Shown here: in pieces, positions 48,510 through 59,616 of the stretch
Layout of the letters: each line of letters begins with the position of its first letter
Position numbering within the stretch: the first letter of the stretch is position 1
NCBI GenBank assembly: GCA_030633305.1
Contig: DAOVTB010000001.1
Span: 7,258-71,257, forward strand
Reading direction: 5' to 3'
DNA: 64,000 bases
Source: Candidatus Muiribacteriota bacterium
GTDB taxonomy: Bacteria > Muiribacteriota > DAOVTB01
Notes under the pieces: model-generated
What the model saw: the letters and a program-made list of their open reading frames with translations, nothing else
Databases searched by the model: none
What the model was told of the DNA's origin: nothing
Translations under genes and position numbers: made by a program

Positions 48510-51500
48510 ATGCATTTTGCTAAGAAAATTATAATATTTGTACTATTATTCACATTTACCAGTGGTATTTTTTCTCCGGTATTGTTTTGTGAAAACACTC
48601 AGAGTACTTATGATATAGCTGCAGAACGAAAAGGATATCAAAATCTATATTTTAAACAGATTGCTGCTGAAAAAAACCAACCACTTGATTTATATAAACA
48701 ATGGTATTTATTCGGAAAAGGGCACTTCCCATTTGGAACTAAAACTGCAAACTTTCTAGATACTTCTGTTACAGTCTTTAAATATGTACATGATCCTAAA
48801 ACATATTTTAATGCGGGACAGGAATACAATCATTATAAGAAGTTGTTTGGTAGTGTTTTTGACATTATTACACTTGTAGATAAAACAAAACTTAGAAGAG
48901 TTACTACATATTTAAGAGAGTATAGCAACTCTTTCTTAGAAACTGCAACAATTGAAAGAATTACAGATTGTGATGGAACCAAATTATTTTCCTGGATAGC
49001 AGATGCAATGGGAAAAAAAATTGGTAAAACAATCCGCAAATGTTATAAAACAGGTTTAGAAAAACCAACAATACAAGCATATGAATATATGATTAAAGTT
49101 GCTGAAAATCCAAAGGTGCTACGTTGGGTTGCAAATTTACTATATATGGATAAATATCTTAATCGATTACCATCTTTTATAAAAAATGTTACTGATACCG
49201 TAAAAAATGTTAAACTTGCAGTTTCAGCCAGATGGGTAAAAATAAGTGTATACCTTAAAACTCCTGCAGTGAAAAAGAAAATTAAAATGGCTTCTGATGG
49301 AATTTCTTTTGTTGCCGAGGCATTAGATGTTATGAGTAATTTTGCTACTCTGCATGAATACGGAAAGGATGAGGCATTTAATACAATAAGTGGTCCAACG
49401 GCTGTATTATCAGGAATAAAATTACTTCTTTTTATTGGTAGTAAAATTGCTGTAACGAAAGTGGTATGCAAAATACTTGATTCTATACTTACAGTAGGAG
49501 AAATGGCTTATGTTTGGATAAGTAAAAAATATACAATTCTTTCATGTCATCAAGCCACACTTGCAGATACCGGTTATACTCAATTCAACACTTTATTTTT
49601 AAAAGTATGGGAACATATTGAATCAAATCGCCATAGATTAAAAAATTTTTCAAAACGCGTATTAAATGATTTAAACATAACTACTTATCGAAAAAAGTCA
49701 AATACTGAATATGCTTTTGATATCGATAAATTTAGAGATGCTAAATTTCTTGTTCAGAAAGAACTGACTATACTTTACGATGATATGGTAAGTCGAAAAT
49801 ATGGTTCAACAAATAATACTCCTAATTATCCTTTAAAGAAACCCCTCTATCGTGCAATGGCTTCCATGATTAAAAATATTCCTTTAGAAAATACAATGAC
49901 TGCTGCACAAATAGAAATTAAGAATAAAATCAAAGCTCAAATCTGTATTGCTGGTTTCTACCAAGCAAATATGCTTTCAGGTTCGGTTGACCACTATATA
50001 AAAGACAAAAATGTACTTAAATTAGACGATGCTGTACCTTGGTATGATTTCTTTTCATGGACTGAAGGAGGAATGGCAAGAAGTAATTTCTTAAGGAGAA
50101 ATACTGAATTTAAATCTTTACATTTCAAACTATTTAGACAGGATGCATACAAAATTTTAAGTCGTTTTGATAAATTTAGAGTAAAGCTTAAAGCCGATCT
50201 AAATTCATCTACTTCACCTTCCACCCAAATTTCAATTTTTAATATGGGCTTTCATTTCCATATTTTTGAATATGAAGTGCTACTGAAAAAATTTATGAAA
50301 TGGGATATTAGCATCGTTCAATTTGCCAATAGATTACGAATGTTTTTTAATCTTTGTGATGATATAAAATTACATAATGAACTGGTCAAACATGCCCGAG
50401 ATCAAATCACTAAAATGATAACTTCATGGGATTTTGGAACTGTTGGTTATAGCACCAATTACATTAGTAGTCATAAAAAATATAGAACTCCAACTGAACT
50501 TCAGATTATGTTCGAAAGAATAATCAGATCAACCTGCTTCAAGATTGCTAAAGAAATTCAAAGTACCCTTGAATTTAAAAAGATTTCTCTTACATATGAT
50601 GTCGCTGAGGATAATATGAGACAGTATGAAGAAGATGCTATAAATACACTTTTTAGTAATAAAAATGCTATTTTTGATCTTCTTACAACTTCAGAAACAG
50701 AAAATGATTCATGGTTTTTTTCATCAAATGGAATACAAAAAGTTAAGGGATTGGAACTAGCTCCAGTTAGCAGAAAACAAAAAATAAATATTCCATCTAT
50801 TCTTTTGGGTTACTTGGCTGAGTTTGAAGTAATGCGCAAATCTTTTCATAATATTTGTTCTGCTTATGATATTCTTTGTGCCAATCGTGAAGCATTAATT
50901 GTCAGCACAGAAAGTTTTATTAATAATGAATTGTGGTTTCCAAAGGGAAGCACGGAAAAACCTTTAATGTTAGAAAATATGGAGATCTATACTCGTTATG
51001 TAAAATTGGAATTAAAAAAATATTTAGAGGCCGCTCAACTCTGTATGGATAATGAAAGTAGCAGTTCTCTCAGAGCACAATACAAAAGTATAATGAAAAA
51101 AGGTAAAAAAATCCAAACAGAATTGTTCATCAAACAAGGAAAATTATTTACTGATGATGTAAATAAAAAAGTGATATGGCTTGATAAAATAAAAAAGACT
51201 CTTTTTAATAAAATCACTTCCCTAAATGGAAAAATTGAACACTTTTTTATCTTTTCAGTTGATAATATTGCATCAAGGCAGAAAATTGATTATCCAAATG
51301 TAATGCTTTATCCTCCTATATCCATCGATTTATACGGAGACTATACTTTTTCAAATGGTGAATATGGAAAGCCCGCCCAGGATATAATAAAAACATCATT
51401 ACGCCTTAAATTAAATATCCCTGATGAGAACTTCACATTTGCTCCTCCAGAATCATCTGGTGAATATAATTGGAAAGTTACTAAACAACGTCACAATTTT

Positions 51501-51593
51501 TTCAATGCTAACAGCTCTCCAATTTTTCTTATAATCGAAAAAATTTCTTTAAAAAATACCAAACCAAGTTATTTAATTCACATGGTTTATTAA
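48510..51593 (+). CDS. Large hypothetical secreted protein (1027 aa), member of the duplicated module
   Basis: AGGAG RBS 8 nt upstream. Signal peptide. No known domain. Its C-terminus YLIHMVY resembles the partial paralog at the window end (YKVHLVH). Confidence 0.55.
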   Translation: MHFAKKIIIFVLLFTFTSGIFSPVLFCENTQSTYDIAAERKGYQNLYFKQIAAEKNQPLDLYKQWYLFGKGHFPFGTKTANFLDTSVTVFKYVHDPKTYFNAGQEYNHYKKLFGSVFDIITLVDKTKLRRVTTYLREYSNSFLETATIERITDCDGTKLFSWIADAMGKKIGKTIRKCYKTGLEKPTIQAYEYMIKVAENPKVLRWVANLLYMDKYLNRLPSFIKNVTDTVKNVKLAVSARWVKISVYLKTPAVKKKIKMASDGISFVAEALDVMSNFATLHEYGKDEAFNTISGPTAVLSGIKLLLFIGSKIAVTKVVCKILDSILTVGEMAYVWISKKYTILSCHQATLADTGYTQFNTLFLKVWEHIESNRHRLKNFSKRVLNDLNITTYRKKSNTEYAFDIDKFRDAKFLVQKELTILYDDMVSRKYGSTNNTPNYPLKKPLYRAMASMIKNIPLENTMTAAQIEIKNKIKAQICIAGFYQANMLSGSVDHYIKDKNVLKLDDAVPWYDFFSWTEGGMARSNFLRRNTEFKSLHFKLFRQDAYKILSRFDKFRVKLKADLNSSTSPSTQISIFNMGFHFHIFEYEVLLKKFMKWDISIVQFANRLRMFFNLCDDIKLHNELVKHARDQITKMITSWDFGTVGYSTNYISSHKKYRTPTELQIMFERIIRSTCFKIAKEIQSTLEFKKISLTYDVAEDNMRQYEEDAINTLFSNKNAIFDLLTTSETENDSWFFSSNGIQKVKGLELAPVSRKQKINIPSILLGYLAEFEVMRKSFHNICSAYDILCANREALIVSTESFINNELWFPKGSTEKPLMLENMEIYTRYVKLELKKYLEAAQLCMDNESSSSLRAQYKSIMKKGKKIQTELFIKQGKLFTDDVNKKVIWLDKIKKTLFNKITSLNGKIEHFFIFSVDNIASRQKIDYPNVMLYPPISIDLYGDYTFSNGEYGKPAQDIIKTSLRLKLNIPDENFTFAPPESSGEYNWKVTKQRHNFFNANSSPIFLIIEKISLKNTKPSYLIHMVY

Positions 51594-51598
51594 GGATA

Positions 51599-52708
51599 AT
51601 GAGATTTGATATGAATAATTTTAAAAAAATTACCTTAACCATCTTAATTTTAATTTTTATCGCTCCAATCATTTATTCCTTGAATCTATCGAATATATAT
51701 AAGCAAAGACTCAGCATTGAAAAAGATAAACCTGTATTATCTAATGCCGCGGCAAAGTTTTTTTTCATCAAGGGAGAAATCGATACTGCTGAAAAAATAT
51801 TAAAATCAAATCTTGGAATTCATCCTGATGATATCGATAGTCTGTTTCTAATGGCCGCAATAAGCGCCAAACAGAGGAAATATAAAAGAGCAAAGGTCAT
51901 GTTACATCTTCTTCTAAAAAAAGATGCCTTAAACAATGGATATTTAGATCTTCTAATTTACGTTCTCGATAACATGGGAAATAAAAAACTCCTGAATAAA
52001 TATAAACAGTTGCTTGCTAGAAAAACAGGTGAAAAAGTAGATAAAATAAAAAAGAAAAATCTTAATTCAATTGTTAGAATTGCTTCTGCGACGAGTTTAT
52101 TGAAAAATATTCAGATGAATAAACTGAAAAAGATGAAAAAAGACAAAGAATCAATGTTTTTTAAAAAAAGTAAAGTACCTGTAGAAAAACAAGATGAATT
52201 AGCACAGAAACTTGCTGATGAAACCCAGGAGCTTCTTAAGGACAATGGCTTTACAGGAAGAGATTTTGATAAAAGTTATAAAAATATGAAGGAACTTTTA
52301 ACCAAGGCACCTGATTCAAAATTAGCACAATTGGTACATTGGAAAATCCATTATTTCTATTTTGGTTTAACTGATAATGGAAATACAGATTGGATTCAGC
52401 TACAAGCAGCACTTGAAAGTTACCTGTTAAAATATCCTGATGATGAAGTCCACAGGATGGAAGCCTATGATAAACTGGCAATGGCTTCAAATAAACTTGA
52501 AGACTGGAATACATTACTTTATTATACAGAACTTTATCTTGAAAAAGACCCTGTTCATTATCCAATACTTTATAGTAAAGCGACAGCATTACTAAAACTT
52601 GGGCAAATAGAAGATAGTGTAGAAATAATGGAAAATATCATAAAAGACTCTCCTAATAGCGTTCAATCCTTCCTTGCTAGAGAAGATCTGGAAGAACTTG
52701 GTTACTAA
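51599..52708 (+). CDS. Secreted TPR-like helical-repeat protein (paralog of 62862-63950)
   Basis: 369 aa, about 60% identical along its length to the 362-aa protein at 62862-63950 (e.g. DSLFLMAA, IASATSLLK, AQKLADETQELLKD, LAMAS..LEDWNTLLYY, LEKDPVHYP). Confidence 0.55.
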   Translation: MRFDMNNFKKITLTILILIFIAPIIYSLNLSNIYKQRLSIEKDKPVLSNAAAKFFFIKGEIDTAEKILKSNLGIHPDDIDSLFLMAAISAKQRKYKRAKVMLHLLLKKDALNNGYLDLLIYVLDNMGNKKLLNKYKQLLARKTGEKVDKIKKKNLNSIVRIASATSLLKNIQMNKLKKMKKDKESMFFKKSKVPVEKQDELAQKLADETQELLKDNGFTGRDFDKSYKNMKELLTKAPDSKLAQLVHWKIHYFYFGLTDNGNTDWIQLQAALESYLLKYPDDEVHRMEAYDKLAMASNKLEDWNTLLYYTELYLEKDPVHYPILYSKATALLKLGQIEDSVEIMENIIKDSPNSVQSFLAREDLEELGY

Positions 52709-52712
52709 ATTC

Positions 52713-53591
52713 ATGTATAGAATATTTTTAATACTTTTTGTTATTGTTTTTATAACTACCATAACAGGCTGTTGTGGCCCTTCTGGAAAATCAAAGGATA
52801 TTGGAAAAAAGTTTTTTATAAATATCATAAGAAAAAAATATGATGCCTCATATAAACTAATTGCAAAAGATGATGAACTGAATATATCTTTAGAAGAATT
52901 TTCATTTTTTTTCAGAGATCTAAGAAATGTACTAAAATTTATAAGCGTAAAATCTTCTTCTGAAAGAGAAGTTGATGATAGAAAGCTCAATGAAAAATTT
53001 AAACAGGTAAAATCAGTTTGTTTGAAAATGACTGGTATAACTTCAGTAGAATTAAGTTCCTCTACCGGTCTCATGAAACTAGAATTAAACTTCTTTGTTG
53101 TTGAAGAAAAGGGTGAATGGAAAGTACTTTTTTCCTCTGTCTTTGATTTTAACAATTATTATTCAACCATTCTTTTAAGCAATGCAATTCTCTACAGCAG
53201 TGGGGACAAAAAAGATTTAAAAAAAGCTTTGGAATTCTGTGATAAAGCCCTAAAAATGAACCCTAATAACGATGTGGTATATTCCACTTATATGATGATA
53301 TATATGGATAAAAAAAAATATACTCAAGCGTATAAGTATGGAAAAAAACATTATGATAAGTTAACATCAAGTCAAAAATATTTTGAAAGACATCGATTTC
53401 CTGGTAATACGATTAGGGAGAACATATATAAATGCAAAGTTCAACGTTCTAATCTTCTCGTTATGTTAAGTACTATACAAATTAAAAAAGGCCACAAGAA
53501 AAAGGCGAAAAATTTTATAAAACTTGCCCTTAAATTGAATCCACTAAACCAAAAAGCAAAAGAATTTTACTATACTTATTTAAGAAAATGA
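52713..53591 (+). CDS. Lipoprotein with a C-terminal TPR region (start moved to ATG at 52713)
   Basis: MYRIFLILFVIVFITTITGC gives a lipoprotein signal with an ITGC lipobox. The ORF-track start at 52674 is a non-ATG codon overlapping the upstream gene. C-terminal TPR-like motifs are present (LEFCDKALKMNPNN). Confidence 0.5.
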   Translation: MYRIFLILFVIVFITTITGCCGPSGKSKDIGKKFFINIIRKKYDASYKLIAKDDELNISLEEFSFFFRDLRNVLKFISVKSSSEREVDDRKLNEKFKQVKSVCLKMTGITSVELSSSTGLMKLELNFFVVEEKGEWKVLFSSVFDFNNYYSTILLSNAILYSSGDKKDLKKALEFCDKALKMNPNNDVVYSTYMMIYMDKKKYTQAYKYGKKHYDKLTSSQKYFERHRFPGNTIRENIYKCKVQRSNLLVMLSTIQIKKGHKKKAKNFIKLALKLNPLNQKAKEFYYTYLRK

Positions 53592-53601
53592 AATCGAATA
53601 T

Positions 53602-56600
53602 TTACTGATTGTCTCTTTTTTTCTTAACTTCTTGAAATATTTTATTTTCCATGTCATTTTCAGCGATCCAGATTCTTTTAATTGGATCCCATAAGACTTC
53701 ATCTTTTTTCAGATGTTCCAGGACAGTTGTTAGAGATTTAAACGCTTTTTTAAATCTGTTTTCATCAAGATATTTTTTGACAAGAAAAAATTCTCCTCTG
53801 AAATATTCCTCTTCCATCGCGGAAATTGATTTGAAGTAAATTTTTTTCTTATTTTCTGAAGATGTATCAAGTCTGGAAATTTTTTTCCAGTATTTTGCCA
53901 CATTCCCTATATCTACTTTTCCATCAGAAAACTCAAAAACAACTGTTTTCTCTTCCTTTTTTACTAAATCAGTTGTTTTCTTCAATTCATTTACCTCTGG
54001 CATTGAAACGTTATCAGAAACAATATCTTTATCCACTTCCTTACTGGAAAAAAAAATATTCCCGAAGAAAAGAATGACTAGAATCAGAAAAACACCTGCA
54101 CCAGCCATCTTGATCTTTTCGGTTTTATCTAAAGTGTCAATAGTCTTAACTGGTTTTTTTTCTGGCGGAGGAATCTTTTTAACTGATTTTTTTTCTTTTA
54201 TTTCTTTGGGTTGAACATTTGGAGCTATCTTTTTAATCTTATTATTTATATCACCATGACTATTTTTTGAATCAATATACTTATCCATGAGCTCTTTAGG
54301 AATAAATGTTAAAAGAAATTTTTCAAGATCTGATTCTACAAATTCGTCTGCTATCTTATGACTATAAATATGATTTTGAAACATCAGCTTCATTATTGCT
54401 ACTCTTACTCGATCAGAAGAATCATTTATTTTTTTACAAATTTCATGGAAAAACAAAGGTTCTTCCACTTTTATAAATGACTCTATAGTATTAGCAACAA
54501 CACGAGAATTTTGATGAGAAAGACATTTTTTTGCCATTTCAATCACTTTTTTATTCTTATAAAATTTACTGAAAAGCATCGTCAATTTTGACAGTAAAAT
54601 AGTATTTGTAGTCGTTTCCATAAAAGATAATACTGCAGGGATGTGTTGCTGTTCTAATCCTGACATCAAATGATTAATTTTTTTCTCTATAATTGATGGA
54701 TCAGTACAATCTGAAACAGAGACTAATAATTCAACGGGATTTTCTTCCGGCACCTCATCCGAAACAACTGATTCTACGGTGTCTTTAGCTGCGGTTTTAG
54801 ATATTTTTTTCAACGGCAGTTTATAACCATATTTTTCCTGAAGAAAGGCAACTACCGAACTTGCCTGTACGATGACCTCAGTATTAGAATCATGAATCAA
54901 AAAAGCGGCCAGTTTAAAAAGAGAATGACTACCAATATTTTTTACTGCATTTAATGCAGTTAATTTTACTTCTTTTGCTGGTGAACACAACATTGTTCGA
55001 ATCTTTTTTTCAACTTCTTTTGCAGAAAATTCATTCAATATAATTGAAGCCTTTGCAACAATTTCCCTGTTATCATCATACAGTAATGGAAAAAGTTCAT
55101 CTACCCAGTTACTGCAATCATGATGTGATAATAACCCTAGAGCAGCAAGTCGTATTTGAAAATTCTCATTACTGGTATTCTTAATCAAAAATGAAACGGG
55201 ACCTTTGACTATGATAGCAAGTGATTTCAATAACTCTATTCTAACTTCTATATTTACTGTCTTATCTTCAAATAAGGCCTTAAACCTTGGCAAATGAGTC
55301 TCATCAACCATAAAACTCAAAATTTTAATCGCTTTTGTCTTTTCCGTAACAGTCGTTATTGGATCAGTAATAATATTCATTTGTTCATCAATCAATTTTT
55401 CAGGTAATTTACCTGTATCAACCAGATGAGAAACGACTATCTCATGAGTTGATTTTTTTTCGGTTTTTCTTTCCTGAAGTTTCTTTGCCGATTCACGAAT
55501 TTCATTATTCCTGTCTTTAACAAGAACATCTACATATGGAGCCAGTTGTTGATCAGAAATTTTCTGAAGGATACGCAAAGCAGATTTTTTCTTCCATAAT
55601 TTCTTACTTTTAACAGCTATTTCCAAAAATTTATTGACACTGCTTTTTTCATTATTTTTCCAGAGGACAAGAGCCGCACAGGATGCAATTCTATGGTGTT
55701 TATGTTTTATAAACATAAGCATAATCTCACGAACTTCACTGCTAGTGCTGTATCCAAGTCCTTCAATACAGTTTGAAACAACTCTGCTGTCTTCATGAGT
55801 CAGGTGTTCTATGAGTTGAGCTAAGTATTTATCATTCCCATATTTGCCAAGATATTTTACATATGCTGATATGAGAAATGGATTTTCTTCCGTTTTAAGA
55901 TTGTTAGATATAACTTCAAGAAAACCGGGATTATCTAAATTATTAATAACTTTTAAAACAGATAATTTATCTTGAAAATTAGTTCCACTTTCAAGTATTT
56001 CATGGAATTTAATTTGAATATCTTCTGTCGGTGCTTCAAAATGAGAATCTATATCTTCATCGATTTGTTTTAAATTACTCAGGGCAGCTTTCGCATTGCT
56101 ACTTATGCTTTCATTAGGATCTTCAATGAGATGATTCATTATCCCTTTAAGTTCATTTGCCTTGATATATTTACAAATAACCGAAGTTATTATTCTTAAC
56201 GGTGTATCTATTGATTCCGCAAGCTTCTTTAAAACTGAAACAACTACAATCTTGGAATGTTTCCATAGAAATAATGATGCCGCAAATAGATAAGCTTCAT
56301 TTGTTGAATCCTTATAAGTATTGACAATTTCATCAAAATAATCGGTATTTTTCATGCAGACAAGGGCCAATAATACTTTTTCCCTGTCCTCAGACCCAGA
56401 TTCCATCTTTTGACGTAATAATGGCATTATTTTAGATGGAAAACCCTTTGCAAGAGCATCAGCAAATCTTAAGAGTATTTTTGCGTTTTCCTCCATAAAA
56501 TATAGATTCAAAGCTCTGTTTACAGGTATAATGAGATTATCAGAGTCATGTTTAATGGAAGCGAGAACTTTAAGTTTATCATCAATGCATAACCGTGAGA

Positions 56601-56838
56601 ATTCGTCATCAAGCTTTCTTGCAGATTCAATACTTTCATTTTTCTGTTTGAGAAGGTCTAATTTTTTTAAAATTTTTTCAGACAGAGAACGAATCAATGG
56701 ACTGTTTTCAAAATTAACAAGTTGCTTTATCCAGTCTTCACATTCCAACCGTGGATTATTGTAAAGGACCATTAATCCATTGACAATTTCATCCTGTTTC
56801 TTGCTATGTAACATAGAATTCAAGTTTTCAAATTTCAT
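53602..56838 (-). CDS. HEAT-repeat protein with a single C-terminal-proximal TM and a short extracytoplasmic domain (paralog A)
   Basis: 1078 aa. HEAT/PBS-lyase-like repeats run along its length (…DSRVVSNCIEGLGY…). TM helix MAGAGVFLILVILFFGNIFF. Conserved C-terminal motif EEYFRGEFFLVKK...LWDP.KRIWI. Confidence 0.6.
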   Translation of the reverse strand: MKFENLNSMLHSKKQDEIVNGLMVLYNNPRLECEDWIKQLVNFENSPLIRSLSEKILKKLDLLKQKNESIESARKLDDEFSRLCIDDKLKVLASIKHDSDNLIIPVNRALNLYFMEENAKILLRFADALAKGFPSKIMPLLRQKMESGSEDREKVLLALVCMKNTDYFDEIVNTYKDSTNEAYLFAASLFLWKHSKIVVVSVLKKLAESIDTPLRIITSVICKYIKANELKGIMNHLIEDPNESISSNAKAALSNLKQIDEDIDSHFEAPTEDIQIKFHEILESGTNFQDKLSVLKVINNLDNPGFLEVISNNLKTEENPFLISAYVKYLGKYGNDKYLAQLIEHLTHEDSRVVSNCIEGLGYSTSSEVREIMLMFIKHKHHRIASCAALVLWKNNEKSSVNKFLEIAVKSKKLWKKKSALRILQKISDQQLAPYVDVLVKDRNNEIRESAKKLQERKTEKKSTHEIVVSHLVDTGKLPEKLIDEQMNIITDPITTVTEKTKAIKILSFMVDETHLPRFKALFEDKTVNIEVRIELLKSLAIIVKGPVSFLIKNTSNENFQIRLAALGLLSHHDCSNWVDELFPLLYDDNREIVAKASIILNEFSAKEVEKKIRTMLCSPAKEVKLTALNAVKNIGSHSLFKLAAFLIHDSNTEVIVQASSVVAFLQEKYGYKLPLKKISKTAAKDTVESVVSDEVPEENPVELLVSVSDCTDPSIIEKKINHLMSGLEQQHIPAVLSFMETTTNTILLSKLTMLFSKFYKNKKVIEMAKKCLSHQNSRVVANTIESFIKVEEPLFFHEICKKINDSSDRVRVAIMKLMFQNHIYSHKIADEFVESDLEKFLLTFIPKELMDKYIDSKNSHGDINNKIKKIAPNVQPKEIKEKKSVKKIPPPEKKPVKTIDTLDKTEKIKMAGAGVFLILVILFFGNIFFSSKEVDKDIVSDNVSMPEVNELKKTTDLVKKEEKTVVFEFSDGKVDIGNVAKYWKKISRLDTSSENKKKIYFKSISAMEEEYFRGEFFLVKKYLDENRFKKAFKSLTTVLEHLKKDEVLWDPIKRIWIAENDMENKIFQEVKKKRDNQ

Positions 56839-56877
56839 ATATGATTATCAGTCTCTGTAATTTTTATTTTGTATAAA

Positions 56878-57168
56878 TCAATAACTATGTGCATTTGAAG
56901 AAATCATTGCTATAAATAACGCAAAAGCCGCACCAAAACATATTAACATCAAAGCCACTGCAGTAATTTTATTGGTCATAAATTGAGCCTGCGTCTGATC
57001 TTCTTCTTTTTTCCAATTCAAAAAAACAAATTCAAAAAGATCAAATGCCATATGAAGAAGTGCTCCAAGACAACCCGGTTCTTCGCTTAGATCTACAATT
57101 GTTTCCTGTTCTTTTTTTGCATCAGTTTCCTGTTTTTTATTTAATTCTGTATCTTGTTTTTTGTCCAT
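56878..57168 (-). CDS. Small membrane protein (C-terminal TM), first gene of the HEAT-A operon
   Basis: 96 aa with an acidic/Lys-rich N-terminus and a C-terminal helix ITAVALMLICFGAAFALFIAMI. Confidence 0.4.
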   Translation of the reverse strand: MDKKQDTELNKKQETDAKKEQETIVDLSEEPGCLGALLHMAFDLFEFVFLNWKKEEDQTQAQFMTNKITAVALMLICFGAAFALFIAMISSNAHSY

Positions 57169-57387
57169 TTAAATTCTCCACATAAATTAATATTAGATTT
57201 AATATATTACACTAATATACAGTGAACACAGGGCAATGTCAAGTTATAGATGGTCATTTCCATACTTTTATTATAGAGTATATAATTGACAGACGAATGT
57301 TTTTAAACTATCCTGAAACTTATCATACGTTATAGTAGATAATCTTAACATTGATAGAGGCCATTAAATTTTGGGAGAATTACGATT

Positions 57388-59118
57388 ATGACAACGGTAG
57401 AAAAGTTATACTATAAGGTTGGTGCTGCGATTATAATTTTTACCTTTACAACATTTATGGGTTGGAAAGAAATGCAGGATGAACGAAATGCTAAACATGC
57501 TAACCATTTTGCAGATACAAATTTTTCAATCATGTCTACTCGTTATTATAAAAAATGTGCACTCCTTGCTAAACAAAATAAACTTGATGAATTAATAAAT
57601 TATTCTACTAAGGCAATTGAAGAAATAGAGTATAAGGACTCCAGTAAATCAAAATTTATTTTTGATTTTTTACAATTCAGAGGTAACGCCTATTTCAAAA
57701 AAAACAAGTTAAAAGAAGCGGCCCCAGATTTTCAACGTGTTTGTATCAATAATATGAAATCTCCTTGCATGAAGTATAAATATCTTTTTGATAAATATGG
57801 TTCCATTAAATTACAAATAGAATTTCGTAAAAAAGAGGCTGAGTTTCTAAAAAAACAGGCTAGTTTACTAAAAAAAATAAAACCGCCTCCAACTGAATCA
57901 GATAAAATAGCTTCGTTAAGAAACAAAGTTCATTACAATGTAAAAAAAGGAATCACTTCTTTTAAACTTGGTGATCTTAAAGCTACCAAAAAATTTTTTA
58001 AAAAAGCCATGAAGCTTGATCCAAAAAATCCATATCCCCATGTCAAATTAGGCTTTATAAAAAGTAGTATTGGGGAAAATGAGGTGGCCATAAAATATTT
58101 TGATCAGGCAATTAAACTAGATCCTAAATCTCATACAGCACATTATGGAAAAAGTCAGACTTTTTTAAAAGAGAAGAAGTATGAGGACGCTATAAGTTCC
58201 ATTGATACGGCTTATTCTATTAAAAAGAAAGGAACATACAAATTTGCTCGCGCAAAAATCTATTGGTCTTCCGGGAAATATGAAAAAGCAATTGAAGAAT
58301 TAAAAAAAATAAAAGTTAAAGGAAAATCTGCAGCATCTGTTAATTCCTATATTGGTGATTGTTTCATGAATATTGGTGATTTTGATAAAGGAAAAGAAAT
58401 ACTCGAAAACAGCATTAAAGTAAAAAGTAGAAATACTGATGCATATCTTTTTTTAGCACAGGGATATATCAAGGCTAACAAAGAAAAAAAAGCAATTGAA
58501 TATTATAAAAAGGCTGCCAAAAAAGGTATTAATAAATTTGATGCAAATTATTTTTTGGGAAAATATGAAGAAAAAAAAGAAAAAATGAGTCTTGCAATGG
58601 ATTATTATCAAAAAGCTTTGAATATTAATCCTAATAATTATGACTTAAATCTTAAACTCAGTGCTTGGTATTTTCACGAAAATTTATACAGGAAAGCATT
58701 AAAATGTAGTTTAATTATTGCAAAAGCAGAACCCAATAATTGGAAAATACGTTTTAAGATTGCAATATGTAAAAAGTTTCTAGACAATGTTGATGGTGCA
58801 CTTGAGGATTTTGAAAAATTACTTAAATCAACGAATGAACCCAAAGAAAAAAGTGATTGCTATGAAGAAATGGCCCTCATCTTTTTTGATGATAAAGACT
58901 GGAGAACTTCTAACCAATACTTTGCTTTGGCTGAACAAGAAAATCCTGGAGATATAGGTAGGCTATATAATTATGGACTAACTTCTATCGTTTTAAGAAA
59001 AGACAGGGAAGCAATTAATATATTTCATAAACTTAATCAGTTCGATAAGAAAGAGTCTACAGAATTTATTGAAAGATTCAAAAAACTTATGGATAAATAT
59101 AATATAGTTATTGAATAA
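57388..59118 (+). CDS. TPR-repeat protein
   Basis: 576 aa. RBS GGGAGA. N-terminal hydrophobic segment. Many canonical TPR units (…AIKYFDQAIKLDPKSHTAHYGKSQTF…). Confidence 0.6.
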   Translation: MTTVEKLYYKVGAAIIIFTFTTFMGWKEMQDERNAKHANHFADTNFSIMSTRYYKKCALLAKQNKLDELINYSTKAIEEIEYKDSSKSKFIFDFLQFRGNAYFKKNKLKEAAPDFQRVCINNMKSPCMKYKYLFDKYGSIKLQIEFRKKEAEFLKKQASLLKKIKPPPTESDKIASLRNKVHYNVKKGITSFKLGDLKATKKFFKKAMKLDPKNPYPHVKLGFIKSSIGENEVAIKYFDQAIKLDPKSHTAHYGKSQTFLKEKKYEDAISSIDTAYSIKKKGTYKFARAKIYWSSGKYEKAIEELKKIKVKGKSAASVNSYIGDCFMNIGDFDKGKEILENSIKVKSRNTDAYLFLAQGYIKANKEKKAIEYYKKAAKKGINKFDANYFLGKYEEKKEKMSLAMDYYQKALNINPNNYDLNLKLSAWYFHENLYRKALKCSLIIAKAEPNNWKIRFKIAICKKFLDNVDGALEDFEKLLKSTNEPKEKSDCYEEMALIFFDDKDWRTSNQYFALAEQENPGDIGRLYNYGLTSIVLRKDREAINIFHKLNQFDKKESTEFIERFKKLMDKYNIVIE

Positions 59119-59120
59119 AA

Positions 59121-59148
59121 AACAGGGAGCAAGATTGCTCCCTGTTTT
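59121..59148. terminator. Bidirectional rho-independent terminator between convergent genes
   Basis: AAAAAACAGGGAGCAAGATTGCTCCCTGTTTTTAG: a perfect 10-bp stem (CAGGGAGCAA/TTGCTCCCTG) with an A-run upstream and a T-run downstream. Confidence 0.65.
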
Positions 59149-59175
59149 TAGTCTCTTCGTTTAAAATTAACAGAT

Positions 59176-59430
59176 TTACTTTATACCTTCAACAATAAGT
59201 CTACATGAAATTGGTTGTCCTATAATAATATAAAAATTTTTACGTACAATTCTCATATCACTAAAACCAAGCCCCTGAAGACGTGCAACACCCGCTTTTA
59301 TCGCTGCATTATAAGCTGCAGTTCTTGTTCGGCCATTACCCCAGGCAATAAATTGTTGACCAGGCCATGCTTGTGCCGCAACTGTAAAAACAAATAAAAC
59401 CAACACTGTTACCAATAATACTTTTTTCAT
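59176..59430 (-). CDS. Small secreted protein
   Basis: 84 aa with signal peptide MKKVLLVTVLVLFVFTVAAQA and a mature part of about 63 aa. Confidence 0.45.
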   Translation of the reverse strand: MKKVLLVTVLVLFVFTVAAQAWPGQQFIAWGNGRTRTAAYNAAIKAGVARLQGLGFSDMRIVRKNFYIIIGQPISCRLIVEGIK

Positions 59431-59616
59431 AATTTAAATCCTCCGTTTTTTTAATCTCGGTTTGGTTAATGCATGTTTTGTGCCAAAATGAAAAAGCCCT
59501 TAATAACAAGGATTATAAGAAATCGAATTATTGAACCATAAAAAAATATTATGTTTTTCTTTATGGCTGTAAAAAAATTTTATCCAACGAAACTATATAT
59601 TTGGTATACTGATATT

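Noticed and set aside
59551-59616. ORF-track start MFFFMAVKKFYPTK... for the HEAT paralog B
   Set aside because: Paralog A aligns from the internal Met (MSFQNITTLL vs MKFENLNSML). The upstream 22 codons are AT-rich promoter-like sequence containing the TGGTATACT element.
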